Below, piece after piece: positions 26,998 to 37,453 of a stretch of 64,000 nucleotides of DNA. The number at the start of each line of letters is the position of its first letter. Within the stretch, counting starts at the first letter, position 1. The DNA is from a virus (Duplodnaviria; Caudoviricetes): positions 60,012 to 124,011 of the IMG/VR virus record IMGVR_UViG_3300019370_000055, one strand, 5' to 3'. The position numbers and the translations under genes were made by a program. The notes below the pieces were generated by a model, which made no database searches, was not told where the DNA came from, and saw only the letters and a list, made by a program, of their open reading frames with translations.

Positions 26998-27285
26998 TTG
27001 CACAAAAAAGTAATTGCTTTTATTGACAGGTTTACATCTGGTGGTAAGCTGAAAGATACGATTACTACTTTTACAGAAGGTTGTTGTTACTGGTTTGCTT
27101 ATATTTTGCATAGTAGATTTTCAAATTCAATTATTATGTATGATGCTGTAAATAATCACTTTGTTGTAGAAATTGAGAATCGGCTATACGATATAACAGG
27201 TGAAGTTACTGGACAATATGATGTTGTTCGGTGGAGTAAATACCTTGATAAAAGGGGTATTATTCGAGACTGTATTAAATTCTAA
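26998..27285 (+). CDS. hypothetical phage protein
   Basis: FTEGCCYWFAYIL..HF...YDITG; AAGGAG RBS. Confidence 0.7.
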   Translation: MHKKVIAFIDRFTSGGKLKDTITTFTEGCCYWFAYILHSRFSNSIIMYDAVNNHFVVEIENRLYDITGEVTGQYDVVRWSKYLDKRGIIRDCIKF

Positions 27286-27300
27286 GAAGGAGAATATAAA

Positions 27301-28083
27301 ATGGAACTTTGTATTGATCAGAATGTTTTGGATCGCTTTCCTAATCTGAATGTCACTAAGGATAATGATGTAGTCAGGGTAAAGTTTGGCGAGAGTGAGA
27401 ACAATTCTGATTTTCTGTTTCCCCTGAATTTCCCGCTGCATAATCTTGATAATCTTTCTTGGGCAATGATTGATGAGATTGGTCGTGCAGGAAAGGCAAA
27501 AACGTTCTTTGCGCTTGGTGCAACCAAGAAGGATTACATGAAGAATGGTTTTGTTGTTGAGTATCAGATTATGGACTTTGACCATGATGATCTTGCTGAT
27601 GATAGCGGTAAGGCTCCTATCAGTTGGGATATGGTTGCGCTTTATAAGGATGAGATTTATATGAAGCGTAATAGTGAATCCTCTTGCTGGGATGAATGTG
27701 ACGGACGTACATTCCTGAATGGTGAGTTTTACGATAATATGTCTGATGAACTTCGTGCCATTGTTAAGCCTGTATGGAAGTTGACCGCCAACAAGAACGG
27801 TGAGATTGTAAAGTCCAAGGATTATGTCTGGCTGAAGTCTGAAAAGGAACTGTATGGACGTACATTCTATTCCAATGATGGTGAAGGCTATTGGTATGCG
27901 TTGTTTATGCAGGAGAACTTTCCGTGGTTTAAGTTGAACGGCGACAATGAGAAGGACTGGCAATGGCTGCGTTCTGTCTATGCTGGCCTCACGAACTATT
28001 TCTGCCTTGTCGACACTGACGGTTCTCCGTACTACTACAGCTCTGGCATTTCCTATGGGGTCGCCCCGGGCTTCTGTACCTGA
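27301..28083 (+). CDS. DUF6273/CLec-fold protein with DGR-type variable C-terminus
   Basis: WLKSEKE, WQWLRS...FCLV..DG.......GVAPGFC. Confidence 0.75.
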   Translation: MELCIDQNVLDRFPNLNVTKDNDVVRVKFGESENNSDFLFPLNFPLHNLDNLSWAMIDEIGRAGKAKTFFALGATKKDYMKNGFVVEYQIMDFDHDDLADDSGKAPISWDMVALYKDEIYMKRNSESSCWDECDGRTFLNGEFYDNMSDELRAIVKPVWKLTANKNGEIVKSKDYVWLKSEKELYGRTFYSNDGEGYWYALFMQENFPWFKLNGDNEKDWQWLRSVYAGLTNYFCLVDTDGSPYYYSSGISYGVAPGFCT

Positions 28084-28090
28084 GTTCATC

Positions 28091-28148
28091 GGTTCATCAC
28101 CATTATCTTGTCTAAGGCGTAAGCCGGGACAGATAATGGATGATGAAC
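28091..28148 (+). other. long hairpin just downstream of the putative DGR variable region
   Basis: GTTCATCA-CCATTATCT-TGTC pairs with GACA-GATAATGG-A-TGATGAAC. Confidence 0.6.
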
Positions 28149-28181
28149 ATTCAAACCAAGTAAAACGAAAGGAAGATATAG

Positions 28182-30374
28182 ATGAGGGTTCTGCTTTTGC
28201 TCCGTGGGTCTGCTGGAGTGGGTAAGTCTACTTATATTAAGGAACACGATCTGGAGCAGTATGCACTTTCTGCTGACAATATCCGCTTGATGTGTCAGTC
28301 GCCCGTTTTGCAAACAGATGGATCAATGGCAATCAGTCAGACAAATGAAAAGCTGGTATGGAATCTCTTGTTCCAGATGCTTGAGGCCAGAATGCAGCGT
28401 GGCGAATTTGTGGTGATTGACGCAACCAATTCTAAGACACAGGAGATCAACCGTTATAAGGACATGGCAAAGACATATCGGTATCGGATTTTCTGTGTTG
28501 ATATGACTGGCGTTCCTATGGAGGAATGTAAACGGCGCAATAAATTGAGGCCGCTTTATAAACAGGTTCCAGATGAAGTAATCGAAAAAATGTACGCACG
28601 TTTTGAAACACAAGCTATTCCTGCTGGTGTGACTGTAATCCAGCCTGACGAACTTGACAAGATTTGGTATAAGCCGAGTGACTATTCTCATTACAAAAAG
28701 ATTCATCATATCGGTGATATTCATGGTTGTTATACTGTCTTGCAAGAGTATCTAAAAGATGGATTTAAGGATAATGAACTGTATATTTTTTGTGGTGATT
28801 ACATTGATCGTGGCCTTGAGAATGTTGAGGTTGTAAGTTTCCTGTTTGAAAATATGAATCGTCCTAATGTAATCTTGCTGGAAGGTAATCACGAACGCTG
28901 GCTGTGGTATTGGGCGCATGGCGGTACGTCTAAATCGGCAGAATTTGAGAAAGTAACTCGCAAGCAGCTTGAAGCTGGGGGGTTGGATTCTAAAACTGCT
29001 CGAATGTTGTATCGTAAATTTAGTCAATGCGTGTATTATACATATCATGAAAAGACTGTGTTGGTTACTCATGCTGGTTTGAGTGTAATTCCTGATAATC
29101 TGACAAAGATTGCTTCTGAACAGATGATCCGTGGTGTTGGACGATATAGCGATTATTTGAAGGTCGCAAAGACTTTTGATGAAACAATGCCAGACAATAC
29201 ATATCAGGTATTTGGTCATCGAAATACTGAGGATTCTCCGATTGCAGCATCTAAACGTTGTTTTGATTTAGAGGGCTGTGTAGAGTTTGGTGGTAATCTT
29301 AGGGCAGTAGTTTTGGATGCAGACGGTTTTCATCCTGTAATGGTTCGGAATACAGTATTTAAGGAACATATCACAGAGGCAGAAGTTGTTCCTGCTGAAT
29401 ATACTAAAACCGAACAGAATGTTATGGAAGTTGTTGATCAGATGCGTCAGAACAAATATATCTACGAAAAGAAATATGGTGACATTTCCTCGTTCAACTT
29501 TACACGGGAGGCTTTTTACGATAAGAAGTGGAATGAACAGACTATGAAGGCCAGAGGTTTGTTTATCAATACCACAAAGGGCGTTGTAGTGGCTCGTTCT
29601 TATCCGAAGTTCTTTAATGTAAATGAGAGGGCAGAAACTAAGTTCAATATGCTCCAGCACAAATTAAGATTCCCTGTTACAGCGTATGTAAAAGAGAATG
29701 GGTTCCTTGGTATGGTGTCATATAACCCCGATACAGATGATTTCTTTATTACCAGTAAATCCAGTCCTGACAGCGAGTTTTCTGCATGGCTAAAAGCAAT
29801 GTTCTATGAGAATGTTAAAGACGCTGCTGGCCTGAAGGAATATTTGAAACAAAAGAATGTGACAATGGTATTTGAGTGCGTGGATATGGAGAACGATCCG
29901 CATATTATCAAATATGACAAGTCTCATTTGTTCTTGCTGGATATTGTTAAAAATCAACTGGAATATGAAAAGTTGCCTTATTCGCAACTTACTCAGATTG
30001 GTAAGAAATTTGGGTTTGAGGTTAAGACACTGGCATATCAGTTTAATGACTGGCAAAGTTTCCATAACTGGTATAATGAAATTACCGATGAAAGTTATCT
30101 TTATGATGGCAAGTACATTGAAGGCTTTGTTGTAGAGGATAGTGTTGGCTATATGGTGAAGTTTAAGGGCTACTATTATCATCTATGGAAACATATGCGT
30201 TCTGTTGCACAGGAAGTATTTAGAAGCGGTCAGTATCGGCGTATGGGGTCTTTGCTTACACCTCTTGAAAATAAGTTTTATGGATTCTGTAAAGAGATTC
30301 GAGAGCAGGATCATCCAACACATATCATTGCGTTACGTGATATGTTCATGCAGCGTTTAATTGAAAGCAAATAA
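28182..30374 (+). CDS. polynucleotide kinase / metallophosphoesterase / RNA ligase fusion (RNA repair)
   Basis: GSAGVGKS P-loop and IDATN; GDIHG, GDYIDRG, GNHE; ARGLF, KFFN, KENG, EGFV. Confidence 0.9.
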   Translation: MRVLLLLRGSAGVGKSTYIKEHDLEQYALSADNIRLMCQSPVLQTDGSMAISQTNEKLVWNLLFQMLEARMQRGEFVVIDATNSKTQEINRYKDMAKTYRYRIFCVDMTGVPMEECKRRNKLRPLYKQVPDEVIEKMYARFETQAIPAGVTVIQPDELDKIWYKPSDYSHYKKIHHIGDIHGCYTVLQEYLKDGFKDNELYIFCGDYIDRGLENVEVVSFLFENMNRPNVILLEGNHERWLWYWAHGGTSKSAEFEKVTRKQLEAGGLDSKTARMLYRKFSQCVYYTYHEKTVLVTHAGLSVIPDNLTKIASEQMIRGVGRYSDYLKVAKTFDETMPDNTYQVFGHRNTEDSPIAASKRCFDLEGCVEFGGNLRAVVLDADGFHPVMVRNTVFKEHITEAEVVPAEYTKTEQNVMEVVDQMRQNKYIYEKKYGDISSFNFTREAFYDKKWNEQTMKARGLFINTTKGVVVARSYPKFFNVNERAETKFNMLQHKLRFPVTAYVKENGFLGMVSYNPDTDDFFITSKSSPDSEFSAWLKAMFYENVKDAAGLKEYLKQKNVTMVFECVDMENDPHIIKYDKSHLFLLDIVKNQLEYEKLPYSQLTQIGKKFGFEVKTLAYQFNDWQSFHNWYNEITDESYLYDGKYIEGFVVEDSVGYMVKFKGYYYHLWKHMRSVAQEVFRSGQYRRMGSLLTPLENKFYGFCKEIREQDHPTHIIALRDMFMQRLIESK

Positions 30375-30410
30375 CGATATATTCAATATGTAGGGAAGGG
30401 GGCGATAGCT

Positions 30411-30913
30411 ATAAATCCAGTATTGTTAAGTACAGGAAACAATAACTGGTCTACACCACAATGGTTCTTTAATCGTCTTAATTCAGTCTTTGGATTTACT
30501 CTTGATCCTTGCGCAGACAAAGACAATCATAAATGCGAACAGTATTTCACTGTAGAAGATAATGGTTTGGCGAAAAATTGGGGGGGCAAGTAGTTTTTTG
30601 TAATCCTCCATATGGTCGTAGGACAAAGAATAATCCGGGTCAAGAGGATTGGATTGAAAAATGTTGGGAGGAATGTAAAGAGCATCATATTACAAGTGTG
30701 ATGCTCATTCCTGCCAGAACAGATACAAAGTCACAACATACATATATTTTCCCAAATGCTAAATATATTTGCTTTGTAAAAGGACGGTTGAAGTTTGGTG
30801 ATAAAGACGCAGCACCATTTCCAAGTGAAGTTGTTGTTTTTACAGAGCAAAATTATGATAATGAAATTAGGACTTTATCAGATTTAGGATTTTGGATTAA
30901 ACTAAAAGAGTAG
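30411..30913 (+). CDS. phage N6-adenine DNA methyltransferase, frameshifted at G7 tract 30580-30586
   Basis: Upstream frame NWSTPQWFF..FTLDPCA..NGLAKNWG; downstream frame VFCNPPYG..LIPARTDT..GRLKF; apparent ATA start. Confidence 0.85.
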
Positions 30914-31684
30914 GTGATAACTATAAAATATGTTGGCAGTAAATCTCGAATTGCCAAGCATATTGTTCCAATTATTCAATCATACATAGATCAGATAGAT
31001 GCCAGCTTTTATTTAGAGCCTTTTGTTGGAGGCGCAAATGTAATTGATAAAATTTCTTGTGATAAGAAAATTGGATATGACATAAATCATTATCTAATTG
31101 AATTATTCAAACATAGAAATTTGATTCAAGAACTGCCTGATGAAATTACAAAAGATGAATATGATGCAGTACGAAAATCTTATCAAGCAAATGATGGTAA
31201 ATATCCAGATTGGTATATTGGAGCGGTAGGATTTCTTGCATCGTACAATGGAAAGTTCTTTGGCGGCAGGGCTGGCATTGTCAAAACTAAAATTGGTACA
31301 ATGCGCAATTATTACGATGAAGCAAAACGTAATCTTTTATCTCAACTTCCTCGATTAAATGATGTGATATTTGGTGAATCTGATTATAGATTACTTGATA
31401 TGTCTCAGTATAGACATGGCGTAATTTACTGTGATATTCCTTACAAAAATACAACAGGGTATCAAGATAGTTTTAATCATGATGAGTTTTGGCAATGGGC
31501 CGAAGAATGCTCCAAAGAAAACATAGTTCTGGTTTCAGAACAAGTTGCTCCTGATAAATGGCAATCGGTATGGGAAAAGCCAGTAAAAAGAACGCTGGAT
31601 AATGCTTCACGGATTGATATTACAGAACAACTATACATATTTTCAAATAACAGTTTAATCAACACAGAAAGGATGATATTATGA
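30914..31684 (+). CDS. Dam-like (D12 class) DNA adenine methyltransferase
   Basis: KYVGSK, EPFVGGAN, YCDIPY. Confidence 0.88.
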   Translation: MITIKYVGSKSRIAKHIVPIIQSYIDQIDASFYLEPFVGGANVIDKISCDKKIGYDINHYLIELFKHRNLIQELPDEITKDEYDAVRKSYQANDGKYPDWYIGAVGFLASYNGKFFGGRAGIVKTKIGTMRNYYDEAKRNLLSQLPRLNDVIFGESDYRLLDMSQYRHGVIYCDIPYKNTTGYQDSFNHDEFWQWAEECSKENIVLVSEQVAPDKWQSVWEKPVKRTLDNASRIDITEQLYIFSNNSLINTERMIL

Positions 31685-31814
31685 CTTCTACAATTCGCAT
31701 TAAGAATTTGGCAATTCTTATTATTTGTGTAGCTATTATGGCGTGTGCGCTGGCCTGTTGTTCGCCCCATCCTGAACTTGTTCCAGTATTTAATATTATG
31801 TGAGGTGAAAATAT

Positions 31815-32417
31815 ATTAATACTAAAGTTTTAAGTGGAACAAATTTAGCTGGTATGTCAACCACACGAGACAGAGTAGATAATGATTTTTATGCAACTCC
31901 ATTTAATGCAACAAAGGCAATTCTTGATAAAGTTACATTACATGGATCAATATTAGAACCTGCTGCTGGACAAGGACATATTAGTAAAGTAATTAAAGAA
32001 TACTATCCAAATTGTGAAATTATTTCAACAGATTTAATTAAAAGGCAAGATAAATTTGATTGTAATATTCAAGGTGGAATTGATTTCCTTATATATGATT
32101 ATGGGCGTACTTTCGATACTGTTATTAGCAATCCTCCTTTTTCTTTGGCAAAAGAATTTGTTGAACGTGCGCTAACTCTCGCAACTGATAAGGTCATAAT
32201 GTTTGCTAAAATTCAATTTCTTGAAGGGCTACAAAGAAAAGAATTTTTTGAAAAGAATCCTCCTTCTACTGTATATGTATTTTCTAAACGAGTTAATCCT
32301 TTGCGAAATGGTGAAGAATTAGATGAACGAGGCAAGCCTTGGTCAAGTACAATGTGTTTTGCATGGTTTGTATGGGATAAAAATTATAGTGGTGAGACTA
32401 TTGTTAAGTGGATTTAA
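31815..32417 (+). CDS. amino-DNA methyltransferase (N6A/N4C); start is ATT 31815 or ATG 31854
   Basis: DFYATP, LEPAAGQG, NPPF, FAWFVW. Confidence 0.88.
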   Translation: MNTKVLSGTNLAGMSTTRDRVDNDFYATPFNATKAILDKVTLHGSILEPAAGQGHISKVIKEYYPNCEIISTDLIKRQDKFDCNIQGGIDFLIYDYGRTFDTVISNPPFSLAKEFVERALTLATDKVIMFAKIQFLEGLQRKEFFEKNPPSTVYVFSKRVNPLRNGEELDERGKPWSSTMCFAWFVWDKNYSGETIVKWI

Positions 32418-32453
32418 AAAATAAGGTCATATGTTATTTTAATTGGAGGTTAT

Positions 32454-32660
32454 ATGTTTGGAAGAAAACAGCAATAGATTTTTGAATTACAAAATCGTGT
32501 TAAAGAATTAGAAAATATTCTTTGCCCATTTAATCAACATGATTATGTTGAAATCGGAAGAACATATGATGGCGGTGATCCCATTTATTCAAGAGAAGAA
32601 TGGATTGTTTCATGTGAATGTAGGCGGTGTCATAAAAAGATTATTAAATACGAGATTTAA
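32454..32660 (+). pseudogene. small Cys/His protein with premature TAG at 32475
   Basis: GGAGGT RBS; frame continues LCPFNQHDY...CECRRCHK. Confidence 0.55.
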
Positions 32661-32671
32661 GGAGTAATACA

Positions 32672-33073
32672 ATGAAAATTTATTATGCTCATCATCTTTG
32701 GAAGTATGGAACACCTATTGAGGATTATGAAATTGAATGTATTAAAAAGAAATTTGAAGATGCTGAGATTATTAATCCTCGTACATTGTTGCCACAAGAT
32801 AAACCTGAGTCAGAGATTATGCAATTAGCATATGACACTATTAAAGGTTGTGACGTACTGGTATTTTCAACTGTGTCTGGAATGATTGGACACGGAGTTT
32901 TCAATGAAATTGCTGTAGCTGTTAATTCTGGCATTTCAATCTATCAGTTTGAAGGCAATACTTGTTATGAAATGAAGGACGTAGATTTGAAAGACATTGT
33001 ATTTCAAGGCGATAATCGGGTTTATGCACTCGTTCGTATTCCTTATGAATATCAAGAAGATACGGATTGGTGA
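32672..33073 (+). CDS. nucleoside 2-deoxyribosyltransferase-like fold protein
   Basis: IYYAH...IINP...CDVLVF...GHGVFNEI..A. Confidence 0.6.
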   Translation: MKIYYAHHLWKYGTPIEDYEIECIKKKFEDAEIINPRTLLPQDKPESEIMQLAYDTIKGCDVLVFSTVSGMIGHGVFNEIAVAVNSGISIYQFEGNTCYEMKDVDLKDIVFQGDNRVYALVRIPYEYQEDTDW

Positions 33074-33950
33074 GTGATGGGGTTAAAAGTATTATCAATT
33101 TGTGGCGGGTTAGAAACTGGTCTGCTTGCTTTAAAGGAATTAGGGATACCAGTTGATGAATACCATACATACGAAATTTTTGCTCCGGCAATCGAGTTAA
33201 GCAAACGACACTTTCCAGAAGTACAACATCATGGGGATGTAATTGGAGCGGATTTTTCACAGTTTAAAGGCTTTGATCTGGTGATGGCTGGCACGTGCTG
33301 CCAAAGTCTATCCGTAGTCCGACAAGAGAATGATGAAGTATGTTCAGGGCTAAAGGGCAAGTCTGGTATTTTCTTTGAGTATGCAAGAGCCGTCAAAGAA
33401 ATTCAACCAAAATGGTTTCTGTTAGAGAATGTAGTTCCAAAGAGTAAGACCGATCAGAGTATTATTACCGATAACTTGGGGGGGGCAAGTTCCTCAGTTG
33501 ATAAATTCAAATCTCTTTTCTGCACAAGACAGGGAGAGATTGTATTGGACGAATATTCATATCGGTTCGTTGCCTAAATCAAACACAACAGTCCTGAAAG
33601 ATATAATGGTATCAGATGTACCAGAGAAAGATTACTATGATAAACCATATATTTTTCATGGTGAAGATAAAAAGGTAATCGCCACATTACAAATCAATAC
33701 ACATGATATGTTGAAACGAGTTTACAATCCTCAATTTAAGTGTGCAACTTTGACTTGTGTGAATGGTGGGTATCAAGAAAAGAAAGTTTGGGATAATGGA
33801 CGTATTCGTAAACTAACACCCATTGAATATGAGAGGTTGCAAACATTGCCAGATAATTTTACAGAAGGATATAGTGACAATGTTCGGCGTTCACTCTGCG
33901 GCAATGGGTGGACAAAAGAGGTTATAAAGCATATTTTTAAAGGCTTATAA
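33074..33950 (+). CDS. C5-cytosine DNA methyltransferase, frameshifted at G8 tract 33478-33485
   Basis: SICGG, GTCCQ (PCQ-like), LLENV in one frame; QDRERLYW, ERLQT, GNGW in the next; G7 would fuse them. Confidence 0.9.
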
Positions 33951-33980
33951 CGATATAATCAATAAGAAAGAAGGTAATGT

Positions 33981-34304
33981 ATGGCAAAGATTTTAGAGTT
34001 AGAGAGTAGTGGTACTGATCCGATTCCTACTGAGACAAAGCAAGACAATATGACAGACACAGAAAAGGTAATTCAAGGTTTGATGCGTAAGGCTTATGCT
34101 CTCGGCGTTTCGTCTGGTGTGCGTACTATGTGCGTTTCTGTTCTGGCACAGTTAAACCAGACAAAGAAAATGAACCCGCAGAAGCAACTAAATCTTTTAC
34201 GCCAGATGTGTCAAAAGAACATTGAAAATCAAAATAAGGTTGCACAGAACGCAGATAATTCTACTACTGAAACTACTACAAATAATGAAAAGGAGAATAA
34301 GTAA
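33981..34304 (+). CDS. hypothetical phage protein
   Basis: ORF after an operator copy. Confidence 0.6.
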   Translation: MAKILELESSGTDPIPTETKQDNMTDTEKVIQGLMRKAYALGVSSGVRTMCVSVLAQLNQTKKMNPQKQLNLLRQMCQKNIENQNKVAQNADNSTTETTTNNEKENK

Positions 34305-34555
34305 TGTTTAGTCGTGATATTTTGACTGTTAAAGAGGCTCAGTTGAACGCCCTTGTCGCAGAATCGGGGGGGGCAGTATCTTTAATCACAAGTACGATTG
34401 ATCGGTTAGAGACTATTAATAGCAAGATTACTGATACACGTCAGGAGATTGCTAATTATCAGTCTGAGTTGAATCGAATTGATGGCTCAATGGAGCAACA
34501 GTTTGGTCATAATGCGAAGATTATTGGTAAATTTAAGAGTTTTCTGGAGGACTAA
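34304..34555 (+). CDS. coiled-coil protein with an in-frame G8 tract
   Basis: ORF with RBS. Confidence 0.6.
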   Translation: MFSRDILTVKEAQLNALVAESGGAVSLITSTIDRLETINSKITDTRQEIANYQSELNRIDGSMEQQFGHNAKIIGKFKSFLED

Positions 34556-35124
34556 TGAAAGAATGTTTTGAAAATGAAATTGCATGGATTCATTCACAGG
34601 ATATTCAGCAATTTGCAAAATACTGTGTAGATAATTTGCCTGATTATTTCTTTACAGTTCCAGCATCGTCCAGCGGTAAATATCATCCATCATATGCTCT
34701 TGGCGATGGCGGTCTTATTCGTCACACTAAAGCTGCGGTGGCGGTTGCGCATGAATTGTTTAATCTTGAAATGTTCCAAAAGCAATTCACAGAGAATGAA
34801 CGGGATTTAATTCTGTTGAGTTTGATTCTTCATGACGGAAAGAAACAAGGTAGCGGTAATGGTAAACATACAGTATTTGAACATCCCCTATATGCTGCTG
34901 ACTTTGTAAGAGAATGTAATTTTGAATGTTCTAAACTAACTGATAAACAAGAACAAATTGTGTGTAATGCAATTTCTTCACATATGGGCCAGTGGAATAC
35001 AGCACGAAATTCCAGAACTGAATTGCCTAAACCCGCAGATAGGATTCAGAAATTTGTACATATGTGTGATTATCTTGCGTCACGCAAATTTTTAGAAGTT
35101 AATTTTGATGCAATAAGTTATTAA
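34555..35124 (+). CDS. HD-domain hydrolase
   Basis: PASSSGKYH..GGLIRHT..LHD..HMG..DYLASR. Confidence 0.85.
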   Translation: MKECFENEIAWIHSQDIQQFAKYCVDNLPDYFFTVPASSSGKYHPSYALGDGGLIRHTKAAVAVAHELFNLEMFQKQFTENERDLILLSLILHDGKKQGSGNGKHTVFEHPLYAADFVRECNFECSKLTDKQEQIVCNAISSHMGQWNTARNSRTELPKPADRIQKFVHMCDYLASRKFLEVNFDAISY

Positions 35125-35137
35125 AGGAGAGATGTAA

Positions 35138-36283
35138 ATGAGTTATCAGGCACGATTTAATTTTGTTGGTACACCTGTTATTCCCAAGCAGAAGGCAGAT
35201 ACCAAGCGTCCGTTCTGTAAGGAAATGACTAAGAAGGATGATAAGGGCAAGAAGCGTGAAATGCTTTCTATGACTTTTGGGGTCAAAGAAAGCGATTCTA
35301 ATATGGCTTTTGTTGAGGCTTTTGACAGTGTTCAGGAAACTATTAAGACAATGAACACTGACAATGAGAAACTGGATGTTGCTTGGGCTGACCGCTTTGA
35401 TGAGGAAATTGTTTCTCAGGTTGCCAATTATCGTAAGTACATTGTTGATCTTGGCGAGGATCATGGTGGGCGGCAGGAGTTCATCACTGTCTATGATATG
35501 ATTAAGCACTTGCAGGAGTATCTTCCCGATTATGAAGGCCGTGTAGTTGTTACAGGCCAGTTTACTCGTGATTGGTATGGCAAGAAGAAGATGTACTACA
35601 GCAAGTTCCGTATTCAGAATGTTTTTGCTGCTCCAGAAGAGCGTAAAAGCCGCCTTATGATTACTGCTGATCTGTTCTATAACAAGGATAGCTTTGATGA
35701 TTCTGATTTTGATGAAAACAAGAAGATTACACTGGATTGTTATATTGAGCAGTACATCAACAAGGATGAGGGCCGTAAGTATGTTCCTATTCAGGTTGTT
35801 TTCTCTGGCGCAAAGTATGATATGGAGAACGAGCGTCATAAGAAGCTGCTTGATTATAAGATGAAGTATATCAAGGTTAAGAGCAAGGATATGGTTCATA
35901 TTCCGTGGGAAATGGTTCTACTGCGTGGTGCTGAAGAGGCTGATTTTGATGAGTCGATGTTGACTGATGCTCAAAAGGAGCAGATTGAACTTGGCATTAA
36001 GACACTGGATGATTTTAAGCCCAAGGGCAATATCTACGGTGATCGTATTGATGAGTTCCGTTTGTTCGATCCGAAGCTGGATGGCGATTTTGCTGATGGC
36101 TTGCTGGATGCCGATGACAAGGGTAGCGAGTTCGAGGAACGGATTTATCAGCCGCCGCAGGATGAGACTTTGGATGAGGCCAAGAGTAATTCTAAGAAGG
36201 GCAATAAGTCTGATGAGGATGATGAGCCGCCATTTGATAAGGATGATAAGAATGATGGCGTAGATGAAGATGACCTGTTTTAA
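35138..36283 (+). CDS. putative ssDNA-binding protein
   Basis: Position in the replication cluster; acidic tail ending DEDDLF. Confidence 0.6.
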   Translation: MSYQARFNFVGTPVIPKQKADTKRPFCKEMTKKDDKGKKREMLSMTFGVKESDSNMAFVEAFDSVQETIKTMNTDNEKLDVAWADRFDEEIVSQVANYRKYIVDLGEDHGGRQEFITVYDMIKHLQEYLPDYEGRVVVTGQFTRDWYGKKKMYYSKFRIQNVFAAPEERKSRLMITADLFYNKDSFDDSDFDENKKITLDCYIEQYINKDEGRKYVPIQVVFSGAKYDMENERHKKLLDYKMKYIKVKSKDMVHIPWEMVLLRGAEEADFDESMLTDAQKEQIELGIKTLDDFKPKGNIYGDRIDEFRLFDPKLDGDFADGLLDADDKGSEFEERIYQPPQDETLDEAKSNSKKGNKSDEDDEPPFDKDDKNDGVDEDDLF

Positions 36284-36301
36284 TGAAAGGAGTGATGTGT
36301 A

Positions 36302-37441
36302 ATGGCAAGGAAATTTGGTAAGAAGCGTGAAATCTGTATTGATCCGTTGGCATATAACATTGGCCTGATTGGTGAAAGTGGCATTGGTAAGTCTACTGTC
36401 ATTAAGGAGGTTTGTGAGAAGCTGGCTGGTGATGAGGGTTATATTGCCCTTGATATTGGTAAGGAAGATGGTCACGATGCTATTAATGGTATTGTGTCTG
36501 AAAAGATTCCTGATTGGGCTACTTTCAAGGAGTTCTGTGATGATGTGATTGAGAACAAGTTGACTGATTATAAGGAACTGCGTGTTATTGTTCTTGATAC
36601 GTTTGATCAGTTGCTTGAAATTGCAGAGCCGGAGGTTATTCGGATGCACAACCGAGCCAACCCCGATAAGCCTAAGATTACATCTATTAAGGCTGCATTT
36701 GGTGGTTTTATGGCTGGTGAGGATAAGGCGATCCAGATTGTTCTTGATAAGCTGTGGGAACTGAAGGGTGTTGGAGTTTCTTTTATTGCGATTGGACATA
36801 CAAAGAAGAAAGACGTGGATGATCCTATTACTGGCGAGTCTTATTCCATTCTGACTACTAATATGAGTCAGCGGTACTTTAATGCACTCAAGACTAAGTT
36901 GCATTTCCTTGGTGTCGCTTATATTGATCGTGAGATTGTCAAGCAAAAGACAGGTAAGAAGAATGTTGTCACTAAGCAGGAGGAAGTTAAGGGCAAGGTT
37001 TTGGGCGAAACTCGTTGTATTTCTTTCCGTGATGATAATTACAGCGTAGATTCTAAGTCTCGTTTTGCTGATATTGTTGATAAAATTCCTCTTGATTCTG
37101 ACGCTTTCATTAAGGCTTTGACGGACGCTATTCTTGCCGAGCATAGCAAGGGCGACAAGACTATTGAGCAGTCTAAAAAGGAACTGGCTGCGGCTCGTAA
37201 GGCAAAAGAGGCCGAGGTTGCCGAGAAGCTGGAGCAGGATGCAAAGAACAAGATTGATGAGGAACGCAATGCAGAACTTATGAGTGTGATTCAGAATAAG
37301 TTCTCCGATGCCAATGCTGCCACTAAGAAGAAGGTTAAAGCAATTATGGCTGAGAATGATATTCCGAATTTCAAAAATTCTGATGATATTCCTACCGCTA
37401 TTCTGGAGAATATTGTTGAGGTTCTGAATCAGACAGAGTAA
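36302..37441 (+). CDS. AAA_24/Sak4-like ATPase
   Basis: GESGIGKS, VIVLDT, IGH, KSRF. Confidence 0.8.
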   Translation: MARKFGKKREICIDPLAYNIGLIGESGIGKSTVIKEVCEKLAGDEGYIALDIGKEDGHDAINGIVSEKIPDWATFKEFCDDVIENKLTDYKELRVIVLDTFDQLLEIAEPEVIRMHNRANPDKPKITSIKAAFGGFMAGEDKAIQIVLDKLWELKGVGVSFIAIGHTKKKDVDDPITGESYSILTTNMSQRYFNALKTKLHFLGVAYIDREIVKQKTGKKNVVTKQEEVKGKVLGETRCISFRDDNYSVDSKSRFADIVDKIPLDSDAFIKALTDAILAEHSKGDKTIEQSKKELAAARKAKEAEVAEKLEQDAKNKIDEERNAELMSVIQNKFSDANAATKKKVKAIMAENDIPNFKNSDDIPTAILENIVEVLNQTE

Positions 37442-37453
37442 TAGGAGGTACTT

